A stretch of 64,000 nt of DNA from the IMG/VR virus record IMGVR_UViG_3300020424_000652; one strand, written 5' to 3'. A model generated the notes under the pieces. That model worked only from the letters and a program-made list of their open reading frames with translations, had not been told where the DNA came from and did no database searches. The DNA comes from a virus. Made by a program: the position numbers and the translations under genes. The first letter of the stretch is position 1; the number at the start of each line of letters is the position of its first letter. Shown piece after piece: positions 1 to 11,900 of the stretch.

Positions 1-1221
1 GCTGATCCTTCTTTCACAGGTAAAGTGCATATTAGAGAAAGAGCTTTTGACAGCAATAAACAAGAATATCTTAATACACAAGGTAAAAATTATACAGTAG
101 AACGTCTAATGCCTACACCATATACATTAACAGTTCAAGCTGATATATGGTCAACAAACACAGAACAAAAATTACAAATTTTAGAACAAATATTGATGTT
201 GTTCAATCCAAGTTTAGAAATACAAACCACAGACAACTATGTTGACTGGACAAGTTTATCAGTTGTTAATTTAGAAAACATGACCTTTAGTTCAAGGAGT
301 ATACCAGTTGGTACTGAATCAGACATAGACGTTTGTACACTAAATTTTAGCACACCAATTTATATTTCACCTCCTGCTAAAGTTAAAAAATTAGGAGTCA
401 TTACAAATGTTGTAATGAGTATATTTGATGAAAAACGTGGTACAGTAGACTTGAGTCAAACAATGCCTGAGCTACAAGCATATGATGATAGCTATGCAAA
501 CACAATGAAAGGTTCAGACAGCTCAACAGTTGGTAAAGAAGGCAGTGGAAGTGCAAGTAAATCAACTGCACACTTGGCAGTTTCAACTTACAGTGGTTAC
601 GATGCAATAGTGATGAACAATATTGTTCAACTTGGTAAGAATGGAATTGCAGGAGAAATTAGTTGGCGTGAAGTTTTAGAAACTACACCTGGAGTATATA
701 GAGCTTCATTAAGTAAAATTTATCTAGACAGAGTAGGATTTACAAATCCAGTTGTAGGTACTTTTGCATTGAACAGTTTAGACGAAACACAAATCATTGT
801 TAATTGGGACGAAGATACAATACCAACAAACACAGTATTAGTAGGTCCAAGTTCTACAAAAGGAACTATTGATTACATAATTGATCCAACAAAAACTAAT
901 CCAACAAATATCAAAGGTGTTGGTATTAGAGTATTATTGCTTGGTGATATAGGTGATGCTTCAAATACTGACGGTGCTGATGCATGGAAAGGTACAGAAG
1001 GTGATCTAGTTGCAAATGAAAATGATATTGTTGAATGGGATGGAAATAATTGGCGTATCGTATTTGATGCAAGTGCCAATGATGGTGCTGATTCAACAGC
1101 AGTAGAATTTGTATATACAACCAATTTAAATACAGGTATCCAATATAAATGGGACGGTATTGCATGGACATTAACGTTTGAAGGCGAATACCGAAAAGGA
1201 ACCTGGCGTCTAGTACTTTAA
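1..1221 (+). CDS. Tail sheath stabiliser/tail completion protein (T4 gp15-like) with C-terminal extension; 5'-truncated by the window
   Basis: Frame is open from base 1. The motif MPTPYTLTVQADIWSTNTEQKLQILEQILMLFNP resembles gp15-family proteins. The C-terminal DIVEWDGNNW segment is an extra domain. Confidence 0.7.
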   Translation, partial: ADPSFTGKVHIRERAFDSNKQEYLNTQGKNYTVERLMPTPYTLTVQADIWSTNTEQKLQILEQILMLFNPSLEIQTTDNYVDWTSLSVVNLENMTFSSRSIPVGTESDIDVCTLNFSTPIYISPPAKVKKLGVITNVVMSIFDEKRGTVDLSQTMPELQAYDDSYANTMKGSDSSTVGKEGSGSASKSTAHLAVSTYSGYDAIVMNNIVQLGKNGIAGEISWREVLETTPGVYRASLSKIYLDRVGFTNPVVGTFALNSLDETQIIVNWDEDTIPTNTVLVGPSSTKGTIDYIIDPTKTNPTNIKGVGIRVLLLGDIGDASNTDGADAWKGTEGDLVANENDIVEWDGNNWRIVFDASANDGADSTAVEFVYTTNLNTGIQYKWDGIAWTLTFEGEYRKGTWRLVL

Positions 1222-1234
1222 AATAAGTAATTAC

Positions 1235-1672
1235 ATGGATAAGATTATTTGTAGTGGAGGTCTCTTCTACTCTCTAGATACACAAAGGTTTTTGTTTTTA
1301 CACAGAACACAAAGCAAACAACCAAACGTATGGGGATTAGTTGGTGGAACCAATGAAACAGAAGAAATACCATACCAAGCATTATTAAGAGAAATAAAAG
1401 AAGAAATTGGTGATACTTCTGACATAGTAAAATCTATTCCTTTAGAAACTTTTGTAAGCAACGATGAAAAATTTAATTTTCACACATATCTTTGTGTTGT
1501 AAAAAATGAATTTATTCCTAAATTAAATGGTGAACACAATGGTTATGCTTGGGTAACTTTTGAAAACTGGCCAAAGCCGTTACATCAAGGATTAAGAAAC
1601 ACTCTACAAAATAAACAAAATTTAATTAAACTACAAACTGTATTTCAACTAGTATCTTTGATGGAGAAATAA
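1235..1672 (+). CDS. NUDIX hydrolase
   Basis: Nudix box GGTNETEEIPYQALLREIKEEIG (Gx5Ex7REUxEExG). Confidence 0.9.
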   Translation: MDKIICSGGLFYSLDTQRFLFLHRTQSKQPNVWGLVGGTNETEEIPYQALLREIKEEIGDTSDIVKSIPLETFVSNDEKFNFHTYLCVVKNEFIPKLNGEHNGYAWVTFENWPKPLHQGLRNTLQNKQNLIKLQTVFQLVSLMEK

Positions 1673-1673
1673 A

Positions 1674-1739
1674 ATGACAAAGATAATCTTTTGGATATTA
1701 TTTCTTATAGTAGCATTCTATATAGGACTGTACATATGA
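1674..1739 (+). CDS. 21-aa hydrophobic micro-protein MTKIIFWILFLIVAFYIGLYI (single TM helix), not in the ORF track
   Basis: GGAG Shine-Dalgarno at 1663-1666 and ATG at 1674. Its TGA overlaps the ATG of the next gene (ATGA, 1736-1739), so it exactly fills the intergenic gap. Confidence 0.6.
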   Translation: MTKIIFWILFLIVAFYIGLYI

Positions 1740-2983
1740 TAAAAGTTTATGGTGATGTTATGCTGGACCGTTGGATAGTAGGTGAAGCAAATAGAATGTC
1801 GCCTGAGGCACCAGTACCAGTGCTGTTAGAAACTAATCAAGAATTTAGTATTGGTGGTGCAGGAAATTTAGCACTTAATATAAAAAGTTTAGGATCAGAA
1901 GTAGAGCTTACAAGTGTGGCAGGTAATGATAAAGAAGGTTTCAAATTACTAGAACTTATTGAAGCTAGTAAATTAGATGTCATAATGGCACAAGATCATA
2001 GTGTAACAACAACTAAAACAAGACTTGTTGGACAACGTGGACAACACATTGTACGTTGGGATAGAGAAGAACAATATGTTGGCACAGTGGCAAAAAGATT
2101 TAATAATCATGTAAAGAAACATGATATTATTTGCATCAGCGATTATGCAAAAGGCACAGTAAAAAGAGATACAATAGGAAATTTACTTGATAAAGATATT
2201 AAAATTTTAGTTGATCCTAAACAAGATGCAAATTTTTATCATGGAGCATATCTTGTAAAACCTAATATGCAAGAATATGAAACATGGTTTGGCAAGTATG
2301 ATAAAGTTAATGCTTTACGTGAAATGAAAAAATTAGATTGGACCTGGTTAGTTGTAACAGATGGTGCAAAAGGTATGCACGTATTAAACAACCAAGGAGA
2401 ATACAAACACTTTGTAGAACCTGTCAAAGAAGTAGCAGATGTAACAGGTGCAGGAGATACTGTAATGGCAGTCATAGCCTATGGTATTGATAAAGGAATG
2501 GACATTTTCGAAACCTGTAAATTGGCTTGTTATGCCGCGGCTAGAATAGTTGAAAAAAGAGGTGTTGCTATAATACAACAGGATGATTTGGAACGCAATA
2601 TCGTATGGACTAATGGGGTGTTTGATATACTTCATACTGGCCATTTAAAGCTACTTAGACACGCACACACGCTGGGAAAACGCCTCGTGGTGGGCATTAA
2701 TAGTGATTCTTCGGTCAAGCGTTTAAAAGGCGATTTAAGACCCATTAACGACCAAGAAAAACGCAAAGCACAGTTATTAGAATTGGGTTTTGTAGACGAT
2801 GTTGTAATTTTTGAAGAAGACACTCCATACGAAGCTATTAAAGAAATACGTCCAGATGTCATAGTAAAAGGTGGTGACTACACAGTGGAACAAGTGGTTG
2901 GAAATGATATTGCAAAAGTTGAAATATTTCCAACAGTAAAGGATTATTCAACAACCAATATAATTGAAAGAATGAAAGCATGA
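1736..2983 (+). CDS. hldE: Bifunctional heptose-7-phosphate kinase / heptose-1-phosphate nucleotidyltransferase (HldE/RfaE-like)
   Basis: N-terminal PfkB kinase (GDVMLD, RMSPEAPVPV, GGAGN, SDYAKG, DVTGAGD) plus C-terminal cytidylyltransferase-like domain (GVFDILHTGH, VGINSD, VKGGDY). ATG 1736 is preferred over TTG 1691. Confidence 0.9.
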   Translation: MIKVYGDVMLDRWIVGEANRMSPEAPVPVLLETNQEFSIGGAGNLALNIKSLGSEVELTSVAGNDKEGFKLLELIEASKLDVIMAQDHSVTTTKTRLVGQRGQHIVRWDREEQYVGTVAKRFNNHVKKHDIICISDYAKGTVKRDTIGNLLDKDIKILVDPKQDANFYHGAYLVKPNMQEYETWFGKYDKVNALREMKKLDWTWLVVTDGAKGMHVLNNQGEYKHFVEPVKEVADVTGAGDTVMAVIAYGIDKGMDIFETCKLACYAAARIVEKRGVAIIQQDDLERNIVWTNGVFDILHTGHLKLLRHAHTLGKRLVVGINSDSSVKRLKGDLRPINDQEKRKAQLLELGFVDDVVIFEEDTPYEAIKEIRPDVIVKGGDYTVEQVVGNDIAKVEIFPTVKDYSTTNIIERMKA

Positions 2984-3822
2984 GAATATTAGTCACAGGA
3001 CATAAAGGATTTATAGGTAGAAACTTATGTGCTTATTTGCAACACCAAGGACACCAAGTAGAAGGTTGGGAATGGCAGATTAATAAAGTTCCTGATCCAC
3101 AAAATTATGATAGGGTTGTTCATCTTGGTGCTATCAGTAGCACAACAGAACGTGATGTAGAAAAAATATTAAAACAAAATTTAGAATTCAGCACAAGATT
3201 ATTGCAACTTTGCAACCAAACTGGCACAACATTAATATATGCCTCAAGTGCAAGTGTATATGGTAACGTGCAAGTTGATAAAGATCTAAAACAAATTAAA
3301 GAAAGTGATCCAGTATATCCAATGAGTCCTTATTCTTGGAGCAAGTATTTGTTTGATAAACTTATGATGGAAGTTCCAGAATATACAATTAATGTTCAAG
3401 GTTTAAGACTTTTCAATGTTTACGGTCCTGGAGAACAGGATAAAGGTGAACAACAAAGTGTGTTTGGTAAGTTTGAATTACAAGCAAAAAATTTAAAAAA
3501 GATTACATTATTTGAAAAGAGTGGATTCATAAGAAGAGACTTTATATGGGTAGGAGATGTTTGTCAGATAATTGAAAAAATGTTTGATGTTGATGCAACT
3601 GACATTTGGAACGTAGGTACAGGCGTTGCACCATCATTTTTAGATATTGCAGAAGGATATGCAGAAAAATATGGAGCAGAAATTGAATATGTTCCACTAC
3701 CAGAACACCTAAAAGGACAGTATCAGTTCTTCACGTGTGCCGATAATAGCAAACTAATTAATAGTATAGGACCGTATAAATTTAAAACGGTTAAGGAGTA
3801 CATAGATGCCAGCAAGACATAG
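2980..3822 (+). CDS. hldD: ADP-L-glycero-D-manno-heptose 6-epimerase-like NAD-dependent epimerase
   Basis: TGHKGFIG Rossmann motif, HLGAISSTTE, YASSASVYG, catalytic YSWSK, GLRLFNVYGP, RDFIWVGDV. Confidence 0.85.
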   Translation: MRILVTGHKGFIGRNLCAYLQHQGHQVEGWEWQINKVPDPQNYDRVVHLGAISSTTERDVEKILKQNLEFSTRLLQLCNQTGTTLIYASSASVYGNVQVDKDLKQIKESDPVYPMSPYSWSKYLFDKLMMEVPEYTINVQGLRLFNVYGPGEQDKGEQQSVFGKFELQAKNLKKITLFEKSGFIRRDFIWVGDVCQIIEKMFDVDATDIWNVGTGVAPSFLDIAEGYAEKYGAEIEYVPLPEHLKGQYQFFTCADNSKLINSIGPYKFKTVKEYIDASKT

Positions 3823-4210
3823 TGGTAAGGTTGAAAAAGGTTGGGGTTACGAAATAATTTGGGCCACAAATGATCTTTACTGCGGGAAAATTTTAGTATT
3901 TGATAAAGCCGGAAAAAAGATGTCCATGCACTTTCATAAAGAAAAGCATGAAAGCTGGTTTGTAAACCAAGGTAGATTCAAATTAAGATATTTGGATACC
4001 CAAACTGCTACACCTATGGAAGTTGAGATTAAGGCCGGAGATACGTGGACAAATACTCCGTTGATGCCACATCAACTTGAAGCATTAGAAGACAATAGTT
4101 CAATAACAGAAGTATCTACACCTGACTCAATAGAGGACAATTACAGAATTGCTCCTGGTGATAGCCAGTTACAACAACAGGCAATACCAGATGATAACCC
4201 TACTACATAG
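3806..4210 (+). CDS. Cupin-fold protein (sugar-phosphate isomerase-like)
   Basis: VEKGWGYE, SMHFHKEKHE and PHQL cupin metal motifs, EVSTPD. Confidence 0.75.
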   Translation: MPARHSGKVEKGWGYEIIWATNDLYCGKILVFDKAGKKMSMHFHKEKHESWFVNQGRFKLRYLDTQTATPMEVEIKAGDTWTNTPLMPHQLEALEDNSSITEVSTPDSIEDNYRIAPGDSQLQQQAIPDDNPTT

Positions 4211-5375
4211 TTTTACAGATCCAAAACACGTAAGCATTACACCAGACAAGATGCTAGAACACAGCATCTATGTTGATGGCAAACCTTACTTTGATCTATT
4301 TGCAGGTCATGGCTGTAATATGTTAGGATATACACAGCCCGAACTTACACAAAAAATTAAAGAAGCAAACGATACCTATGCAAATCACAGCTGGTTAGTC
4401 AAACCTAAAATATGGAATGACTTAGAATATTATTTAGAAAGTTTATTACCGCCACAATATGAAAATGTTATTGCAGGACTCACTGGTAGTGATAGTATAG
4501 ACAATGCAATAAAATTTGTTTGGAAATATTGGCAAAACAAAGGCACACCAAGGAAAACAATCCTTGTTAGAAAAGGTAGTTTTCATTCAGGAAGTATAAC
4601 CGGTTGGAAAATGACCATTGATACGATGCGTTGGACCAAACATATACCAGATGTTAATTACGTTGATTTTTATGATAAAGACTTTAATGATGTTTATGAA
4701 AAACATAAAGAAGACGTTGCAGGTGTAATTGTAGATACTGTAAGTTGGTTTAACGGTATCAATAAAATAGATGATGAAACAATCAAACTTTTAAAACGTA
4801 TGCAATACTTAGATCATGTGCCAGTTATAGCAGATGAAATTATTACAGGCTTTTGGAGACTTGGTGCATTTAGTCATTCATTAGAAATAGGACTTACTCC
4901 TAATATAATTTGTTTTGGAAAATTTAGTGGTGGTGGATTTGCTGATATATCTTTATGTGTAGTTGACAAATTTATTATGGAGTCAGTTGCTAGAAACAAC
5001 GATCAAGGTTATCCTGATCCTTTACCAATGGGCAACACAAGAAGTCAAAATACAAGTGGAGCAGTTGCCTGTGTAGAAATTATTAAACATTGTATGAAAC
5101 ACAAGATGGGCGATCATATCAAACAAAACATTTTTCCTTTTGTTGTTGAATGTGCAAGTGTTTTATCAGAATGCAGAGGATTCAACATTACATTTTATGG
5201 TAGTATGCTGATATGTGACTTTGGTGAAAATGATGTTAAAGACTTTTTAATGAAAAAAGGTTTATGGCAACCTAGCAATAGTAGGATGTTTTTCTTTCCA
5301 TTTTATAATATTACAAATCAAGAAAAAGATCATATTTTAAAAACATTCAAGGAGTTGGTCAATGAAATACGATAA
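4191..5375 (+). CDS. Class III PLP-dependent aminotransferase
   Basis: DLFAGHGCNMLG, TGSDSIDNAIK, GSFHSG, DEIITGFWRLG and the PLP lysine in FGKFSGGG. ATG 4191 is preferred over the upstream TTG. Confidence 0.8.
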   Translation: MITLLHSFTDPKHVSITPDKMLEHSIYVDGKPYFDLFAGHGCNMLGYTQPELTQKIKEANDTYANHSWLVKPKIWNDLEYYLESLLPPQYENVIAGLTGSDSIDNAIKFVWKYWQNKGTPRKTILVRKGSFHSGSITGWKMTIDTMRWTKHIPDVNYVDFYDKDFNDVYEKHKEDVAGVIVDTVSWFNGINKIDDETIKLLKRMQYLDHVPVIADEIITGFWRLGAFSHSLEIGLTPNIICFGKFSGGGFADISLCVVDKFIMESVARNNDQGYPDPLPMGNTRSQNTSGAVACVEIIKHCMKHKMGDHIKQNIFPFVVECASVLSECRGFNITFYGSMLICDFGENDVKDFLMKKGLWQPSNSRMFFFPFYNITNQEKDHILKTFKELVNEIR

Positions 5376-5937
5376 TATATTTCCAACTGGTATACTTGTA
5401 CATGATGTTCCCGTATGGGTAGCTAAACAAGTAGAGAAACTTGTAGAAGAACGTGTAGACAAATTACAAAGACCAGATGATAATGCTCCTCACGCCACTG
5501 ATTATTTTGAAAAAGAAAAAGTTATAGATCTAAAATATGATACACCTGAACTTATGTCTGAAATAGATATGTGTGTTAGAAATTATCAAAATAAAAATGC
5601 AATGAATAGAATACAAGAAGGTTATTCTTATAATTGGTGGACACAAGATTACAAGGAAGGTGATATTCATAATGAACATCATCATAATGTAGGACAAATA
5701 AGTGGTGTATACTATGTTCGTGCAAATGAAAATGCAGGTGGAATAATGTTTAGAAATCCAAATCCTTTTGTTGAATATGGACACACAATGAGAGATTCAG
5801 CACCTTACTCTTGGCAAGAATATGTTTATCAACCTATTAAAGGAAGAATATTAATGTTTCCAAGTTATTTGAAACATCAAGTATTACCTAGCAAAAAAGA
5901 TTGTATTAGAACTGTAATTGCATTCAACGTAAGATAA
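5362..5937 (+). CDS. 2OG-Fe(II) oxygenase (TIGR02466-like)
   Basis: HNEHHH, SGVYY, FPSYLKHQV, RTVIAFN. Confidence 0.8.
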   Translation: MKYDNIFPTGILVHDVPVWVAKQVEKLVEERVDKLQRPDDNAPHATDYFEKEKVIDLKYDTPELMSEIDMCVRNYQNKNAMNRIQEGYSYNWWTQDYKEGDIHNEHHHNVGQISGVYYVRANENAGGIMFRNPNPFVEYGHTMRDSAPYSWQEYVYQPIKGRILMFPSYLKHQVLPSKKDCIRTVIAFNVR

Positions 5938-8900
5938 TTACGCCTGTGCTTCACCCCAACGTATGATGATGTTCGCATTTGTTGATGCACCACTGGCCTT
6001 ATAAACATTGATCGCCAACACATCTGGTCCATTCGGGAACGTACCTCTACCACCCAATGTAGTATTAGTCAACTCTTTCAATGTTCCTAACATTAAGGAT
6101 GATTGTTCACCTGGTGTTGCAATAAATGAAAATACAGTTTCACCTGGTAGTGCATAAGGCGGTTGTCCAAATAAGAATGAAACCGTTGTACCTGCTGTGA
6201 TGTTCTGCAACGAACTCTGTGTAAATGTAACTCTATAATATTCTACTCCACCATAAGTAGATGGTCCTTGTACTCCAGATACGTATGTACCACCTGGAAA
6301 CTTGCTATCACTTACCTCTGTACCTGCAATGGCTCCTGTTGCCTCCCAACTTGCTTTTGTAAAGTACAAGTAGTTTGTTTTGTCTAATGCACCAGTTGGG
6401 TTAATTGATACTGTTACAGTTTCGCCATTACTAATTGTTGCAGTATTTCTGTTACTGAATCTCATTAATTTCGGATTGTAATATTCATAAATGTCAGTGA
6501 TTGTAGTACCATCTGGGAAGTCTGAACTTCCTGATTGTGCATTACTTGTTGCAGTAACAGTATTACCTGTTGATACTTCACTGCTTACCAAGTTCCAAGA
6601 AGCATTTGTAAAGAAGTGATAGTTGGTATTATTTCTATTATATGAAGCTACCAAATCATTTGTCATTTCAGCAGTTGTAGTTGCGTTTCTAAGAACCTGT
6701 GTCTCACCTGTTGACCATACAACAGATCCACCTGGTGCCACCTGTGCAAAACTAGGTTGACCACCAGCCGCCGCTCCTGTTAATGGTGACCAACCAACGT
6801 CACCTGGATCAAGTGGATAGTTTTGTGGATTTAAAATTCCTTCAACAACAATTCCTCCAACAATCGGATTACCACTACCGTCAACACCATCTGATGTGAT
6901 CTCAATACCTTCTAGTAATAATTGAGCTCTGTTTAACAGTTCTCTCTCACCTAAGTCACCAACGATTGCGTTTGATACACTAGGTGCTAGTCTTAACATG
7001 AACACCGTATTTCTTGTTGAACTAATAACGTTTCCTGTAGATGTATATGAAAAGATATAACCTCTATCACTGTCAAATCCACCATCTGTTTGGAAAGCTG
7101 ATCCCCAGTGTGATATAATTGGTGTTATAGTATTACTGATCAAAATTACACCAGTACGTGCTGTGTGTTCTGCGGCAACACCTGCCGTATAAGTTCTTGT
7201 TGCACCTGCGGCAAAGTTTGTTAATGGAGCACTTCTTGTACAACCTGTCAATGTATCTCCTGTGATACCTGTGTATTGTATCATCTCGTTATCAATGATA
7301 ACAGTACCACCGCCTGGTGGGAAGAAACTAGCATCTTCTAGAGGTATTGTTGTTTGTGTTGCGTCCATTGCCGCACCTAATCTATCATTAGGTCCTTCAT
7401 TAGTTACTTCATATCTAACTGGCATATTACCAGTTCTCATAAATGCTTCTGTGTTTACGTTGGAGTTTCTCATTCTGTGATAGAAAATAAAGTTACCATC
7501 ATCACCTCTGAGCATCCAATCGATAAATCCAGCTCCATACCAACTGTACTGTATCCCAATCATCTGCATCTTAGAAATATCTAGTATGTAACCTGATGAT
7601 CCTGTACCGTCTAACACGTCACCGTTGAAGTCTGCTTGTTTTGATTTCTTATCTGCAACCAAACATATCTTGGCTCCACTTGCAGGAGTTACACCTCTAA
7701 AGTCTGGAGTAACATTCATTGATGTTTGACTTGTTACCTGTGATACAACGTGTGTCATACCTTTAATAACAACTCTATCACCTGCTTTAACTTGATCTCT
7801 AAATCTTGTTCCAATTCCTGTAACTGCGTTACTGTCAACACCTAAAGATATTGTTCCTGATAATTGTAGTGTTGCAGTTCTTTGTACAGCATTATAATTT
7901 GCTCCATCATATTCCATGAAGATACCATTTTGATCATCAAATGCACCCGAACGCACAGTTGCACCATGCCAGTATAACAATGATACTTGGGCTTTTGGAC
8001 TTAATATTGGAGTAGTTGCACCTAAATCTGTTTGTGCAATTACTTTAAATTCTCTTTCACTTACAATAGCTGATACTGTATAATCTCCATTGTATCCTGG
8101 AGTTTCAATACCTATCAATCTAATTTGTCCACCAACCTGTAAACCATGGTCAACATCATCAGTTGTTACATTAATAAATGATCCTGAGGTAACTGCATCT
8201 GCTGTGACAGTTAACAAGTCATAACTTGGAGCAAACAAGGCACCAGTTGTATACATGATACCTTTACCTGATTGGTATCTAATATATTTTTTAGATTGAC
8301 GTATTGCCTGTGCACCGTGTTGTGGTCCACCTGTTCCTAGCTGTACACCTCCATCATATGGTCTATGCACAAAGAATGAATCTGGTCTTGGATAAAGTAT
8401 AGCATTAATGTCGTTGACATCACTAATGGCTCCTGCCGCTCTACACTGATATCTTAGTGTTGTTGTGGTTGGAACCTGTTGTGCAAAGAACGGACCTTCT
8501 AACAATGTGTGATTGTTTGATCCATCGTCTGTACTTACAGTAACCAAGAATGAATCTCCTGGAATTAATCCGTGTGCAGTTGTAAACGAAACTTCAACTG
8601 TTGCCAACGCGGCAAACTGTAATGTGTAATTTTGTGGAACTGCCGCAACTAAATTCTCTGACATAGTTACTGTTGAATAAGTTTTTACAACTGTTCCTGC
8701 AACCGCTGTACCTGAACTTGTTACAGAAATAATACCACCGTCTGTTGCAACTTCTGTTACGTTTATTATCACATCGTTGGTTACATCTGTACCACCTACT
8801 GAACTACCAACTAATTTAATCTTGTTTCCTACTTGATAGTTGATACCGTCAAGTGCAACTGTGGCAGTTGAATAAGCACCACCATTTCTTGTAACATTAA

Positions 8901-11900
8901 ACGTTGCTTGTTCACCTGTGTTTTGTAAATTTTGTCCACCAATTGCTGTGTAACTTGCTGTTCCACCTGGTGCTGTACCTGTAGCAGTAATTCCTGTGAT
9001 TGCTCCTGAGGCATCAACAGAGGAAATAGTAATTGTAACATCATTGGCCGGACTTGCACCACCTAATGTTGTACCTTGAATTCTAATTGACTGATCAACA
9101 TAATATCCTGCACCTGGAGTATTAACTGTTACAGTATATGATCCTGCATTTAAAACAACATCAAACGTTCCTGTTGATCCAACTTGGTTAATTGCTTCTC
9201 CGTCAAATTGACTTAACTGTGTTACTGTTTTAGTATCTAAGGCCGTACCTGCAATAGTTACACCTGTAATTTCACCAGTGCTGGCATCAACTGCCGAAAT
9301 TGTAATTGTTGCGTTGTTAGTTACATCAACACCACCTAAGTTACTTCCTAAAATTACAAATTCTTCTCCAGCTAGATAACCTGTACCACCAACAACTACT
9401 GATGCAGAATAAGACGTATCTAATCTCGTAACGTTGAATGTTGCGTCTGCACCACCAACTGTGTTAGAAGTGTAAGCTGGATTGTTATAACTTTCAGTGG
9501 CATCTGGTGCCGTACCAGTTACACTAATTGTATTAATTCTTCCTGTGCCACTTACTGCATCTACTTTTACAATAGCATCATTGGCAGGACTTGCACCACC
9601 TATGTTACTTCCTAATATTTTTAATCTATCACCTGCGGCATATCCTGATGTTGCGTCTGCGGCCGTACCTGATGAACTAAATGATGTTATTGCACCAGTT
9701 CCTGCATTTATTCCTGTGACCGTTATTGTTAAATCATTTGCTGGTGATGTACCACCTAAGTTGTTACCTGCAATTATAATGGTGTTTCCATTTGCATAAT
9801 TTGTTCCTGGTTCATTACCTTGTGTAACTGTATAACTGTTATTATAATTTACTGTAACGTTGAATGTTGCCGCCGCTCCTACAAGATTTTGTCCAGAGGT
9901 AATATTAGTATATGATCTTGAGTTTACTGCTGTTCCAGTAATACTAATTGCTGTGATAACACCCGAACCATCAACTGAGTCAATTGTAACAGTTGCATCG
10001 TTGGCAGGACTTTGTCCACCTAAATTTGTTCCTGCAATCACTAAAGTTTCTGATGCACTATATCCTGAACCTGCATTAACAAGTGTTACACCATAAGTTG
10101 ATCCAGTAAAGTTTACGTTTACTGCGGCATCTGTACCAACACCACCGTAAGTATAACTTGGTTCTGTGAAACTGTTTGATGCGTCTGGTCCAGATCCTGC
10201 AGATGTAAATGATGTAATACCACCCGAACCATCTACACCAGTGATTGAAATTGTTAAATCGTTTGTTGCATCACCACCAAATTCTGTTCCGTTTATTCTA
10301 ATTGCATCACCGACAACGTAACCTGCATCAGTGGCTCCTGAATTTTCTGCAACGGTATAGTTATTATTTGCAAGAGTAATGTCCCAAGCCGCACCAGTTC
10401 CTGTACCACCTTGTGTTACACCAGTTCCATTGTTTGCATAGGTTGGTTGTGCTAAACTTACTGAATAAGTATTGTTTGTGTAGGTTAAATCAAATATTGC
10501 ACCTAAACCATTTCCGTTTAAGTTAGAACCTGCTACATTAGAATAACTTCCTGTACCATCAAAAGCTGATCCTGTTGCTGTAAAAGTAACTACTGATCCA
10601 CTTGAATCGATTGAATCAACTGTAATTCTACAATCATTAGTTCCTGTTTGTCCACCTAACAAGTTACCAAGCACAATAATTACATCGCCTACTAGGTAAT
10701 TGTCTCCACCTGTACCATTTAGCACAGCGGTATAATTTCCGCCTGCTCTATCAATATCAAAAGTTGCTCCAGTACCAGTTGGATTTACATTTGTTCCTGC
10801 AAGTCCTGTATAGTTAACATTGTTTCCAACAATAGGACTTGTTGTATTACCATCTAGGTTTACATTGTTTCCACTTACACTTGAAACATGAATTGCATTT
10901 CCGTCACCTCTGTCTATGGCCTGTCCTGCTAATATGCCTGTAACATCGCTAACTGCTATTTGGTTTACACCTGCGGCGTAATCTGCCGCAACTGATAATG
11001 TTGCAATTTCACCACCACTGCCTGTAACAACAGTAACCTGAGCACCTGAGGCAACTCCTGTTCCTGCATTTACACTTGCAACCAAGAATGTTAAGTCTGG
11101 TGCACCACCGCCTCCTATTGAAGCATCTGGTACAGTGATTGTGTCACCTACAGCGTTGTTTCTACCACCTAAAAAGTTACTTGCTATGCCGGCACCTGAG
11201 CCATCGATTGTAACAGTCATTGTGCCTACAATTAATTCTGCTGTAACACTAGATGATGTTGCATTTGTAACTGTATATGTTCCTGGTGTTCTTGACGCAC
11301 TTGCCGCCGAATAAGTATTAACCGTTGCAATTTGTCCTGAAACGTTTTGCATCGGAGCACCAATCTCTGGTGTGTTACCAATCCATGTAACTTTATCACT
11401 GCCATTCAAAGCACCTAATGGGTTTGTAAATACACCTGCTGTACCTTGCGAAAGAATAGTAAATGTAGGAACACCAATTGCCGCTCCTGTATAAAATCCA
11501 CCTTCTCTTAACTGTGTGTAGTAAGTTGAAAGCACTTGATTGTTTGCTGTACCAACTTTAGATTTTGCAAAATATGTAAATGTACTTGCAGTAGGTACAG
11601 TCGATACAATAAATGAACCTTCTGCTCTACTTGCCCCTTGAATACTATTTTCAAGTGCCTTGATTGTAATTGGAGTACCAGCAGTAATACCGTGTCCTCC
11701 AACTGTTGTTACTGTAATTAAACTTTGTCCTACTCCACCTGTACCAGTTGAAGCATCTGTTTTAACACTTGCTACAACTTTATCAGTACCTGGAACTTCG
11801 TATATACTTGGATAACCTCTTTGCATAGCAATGGCTTGCCACTTCGTAGGCTGTAATCCATATTCAAAGTCAGCGTCAAGCATGGATACTGAGTTTGAAA

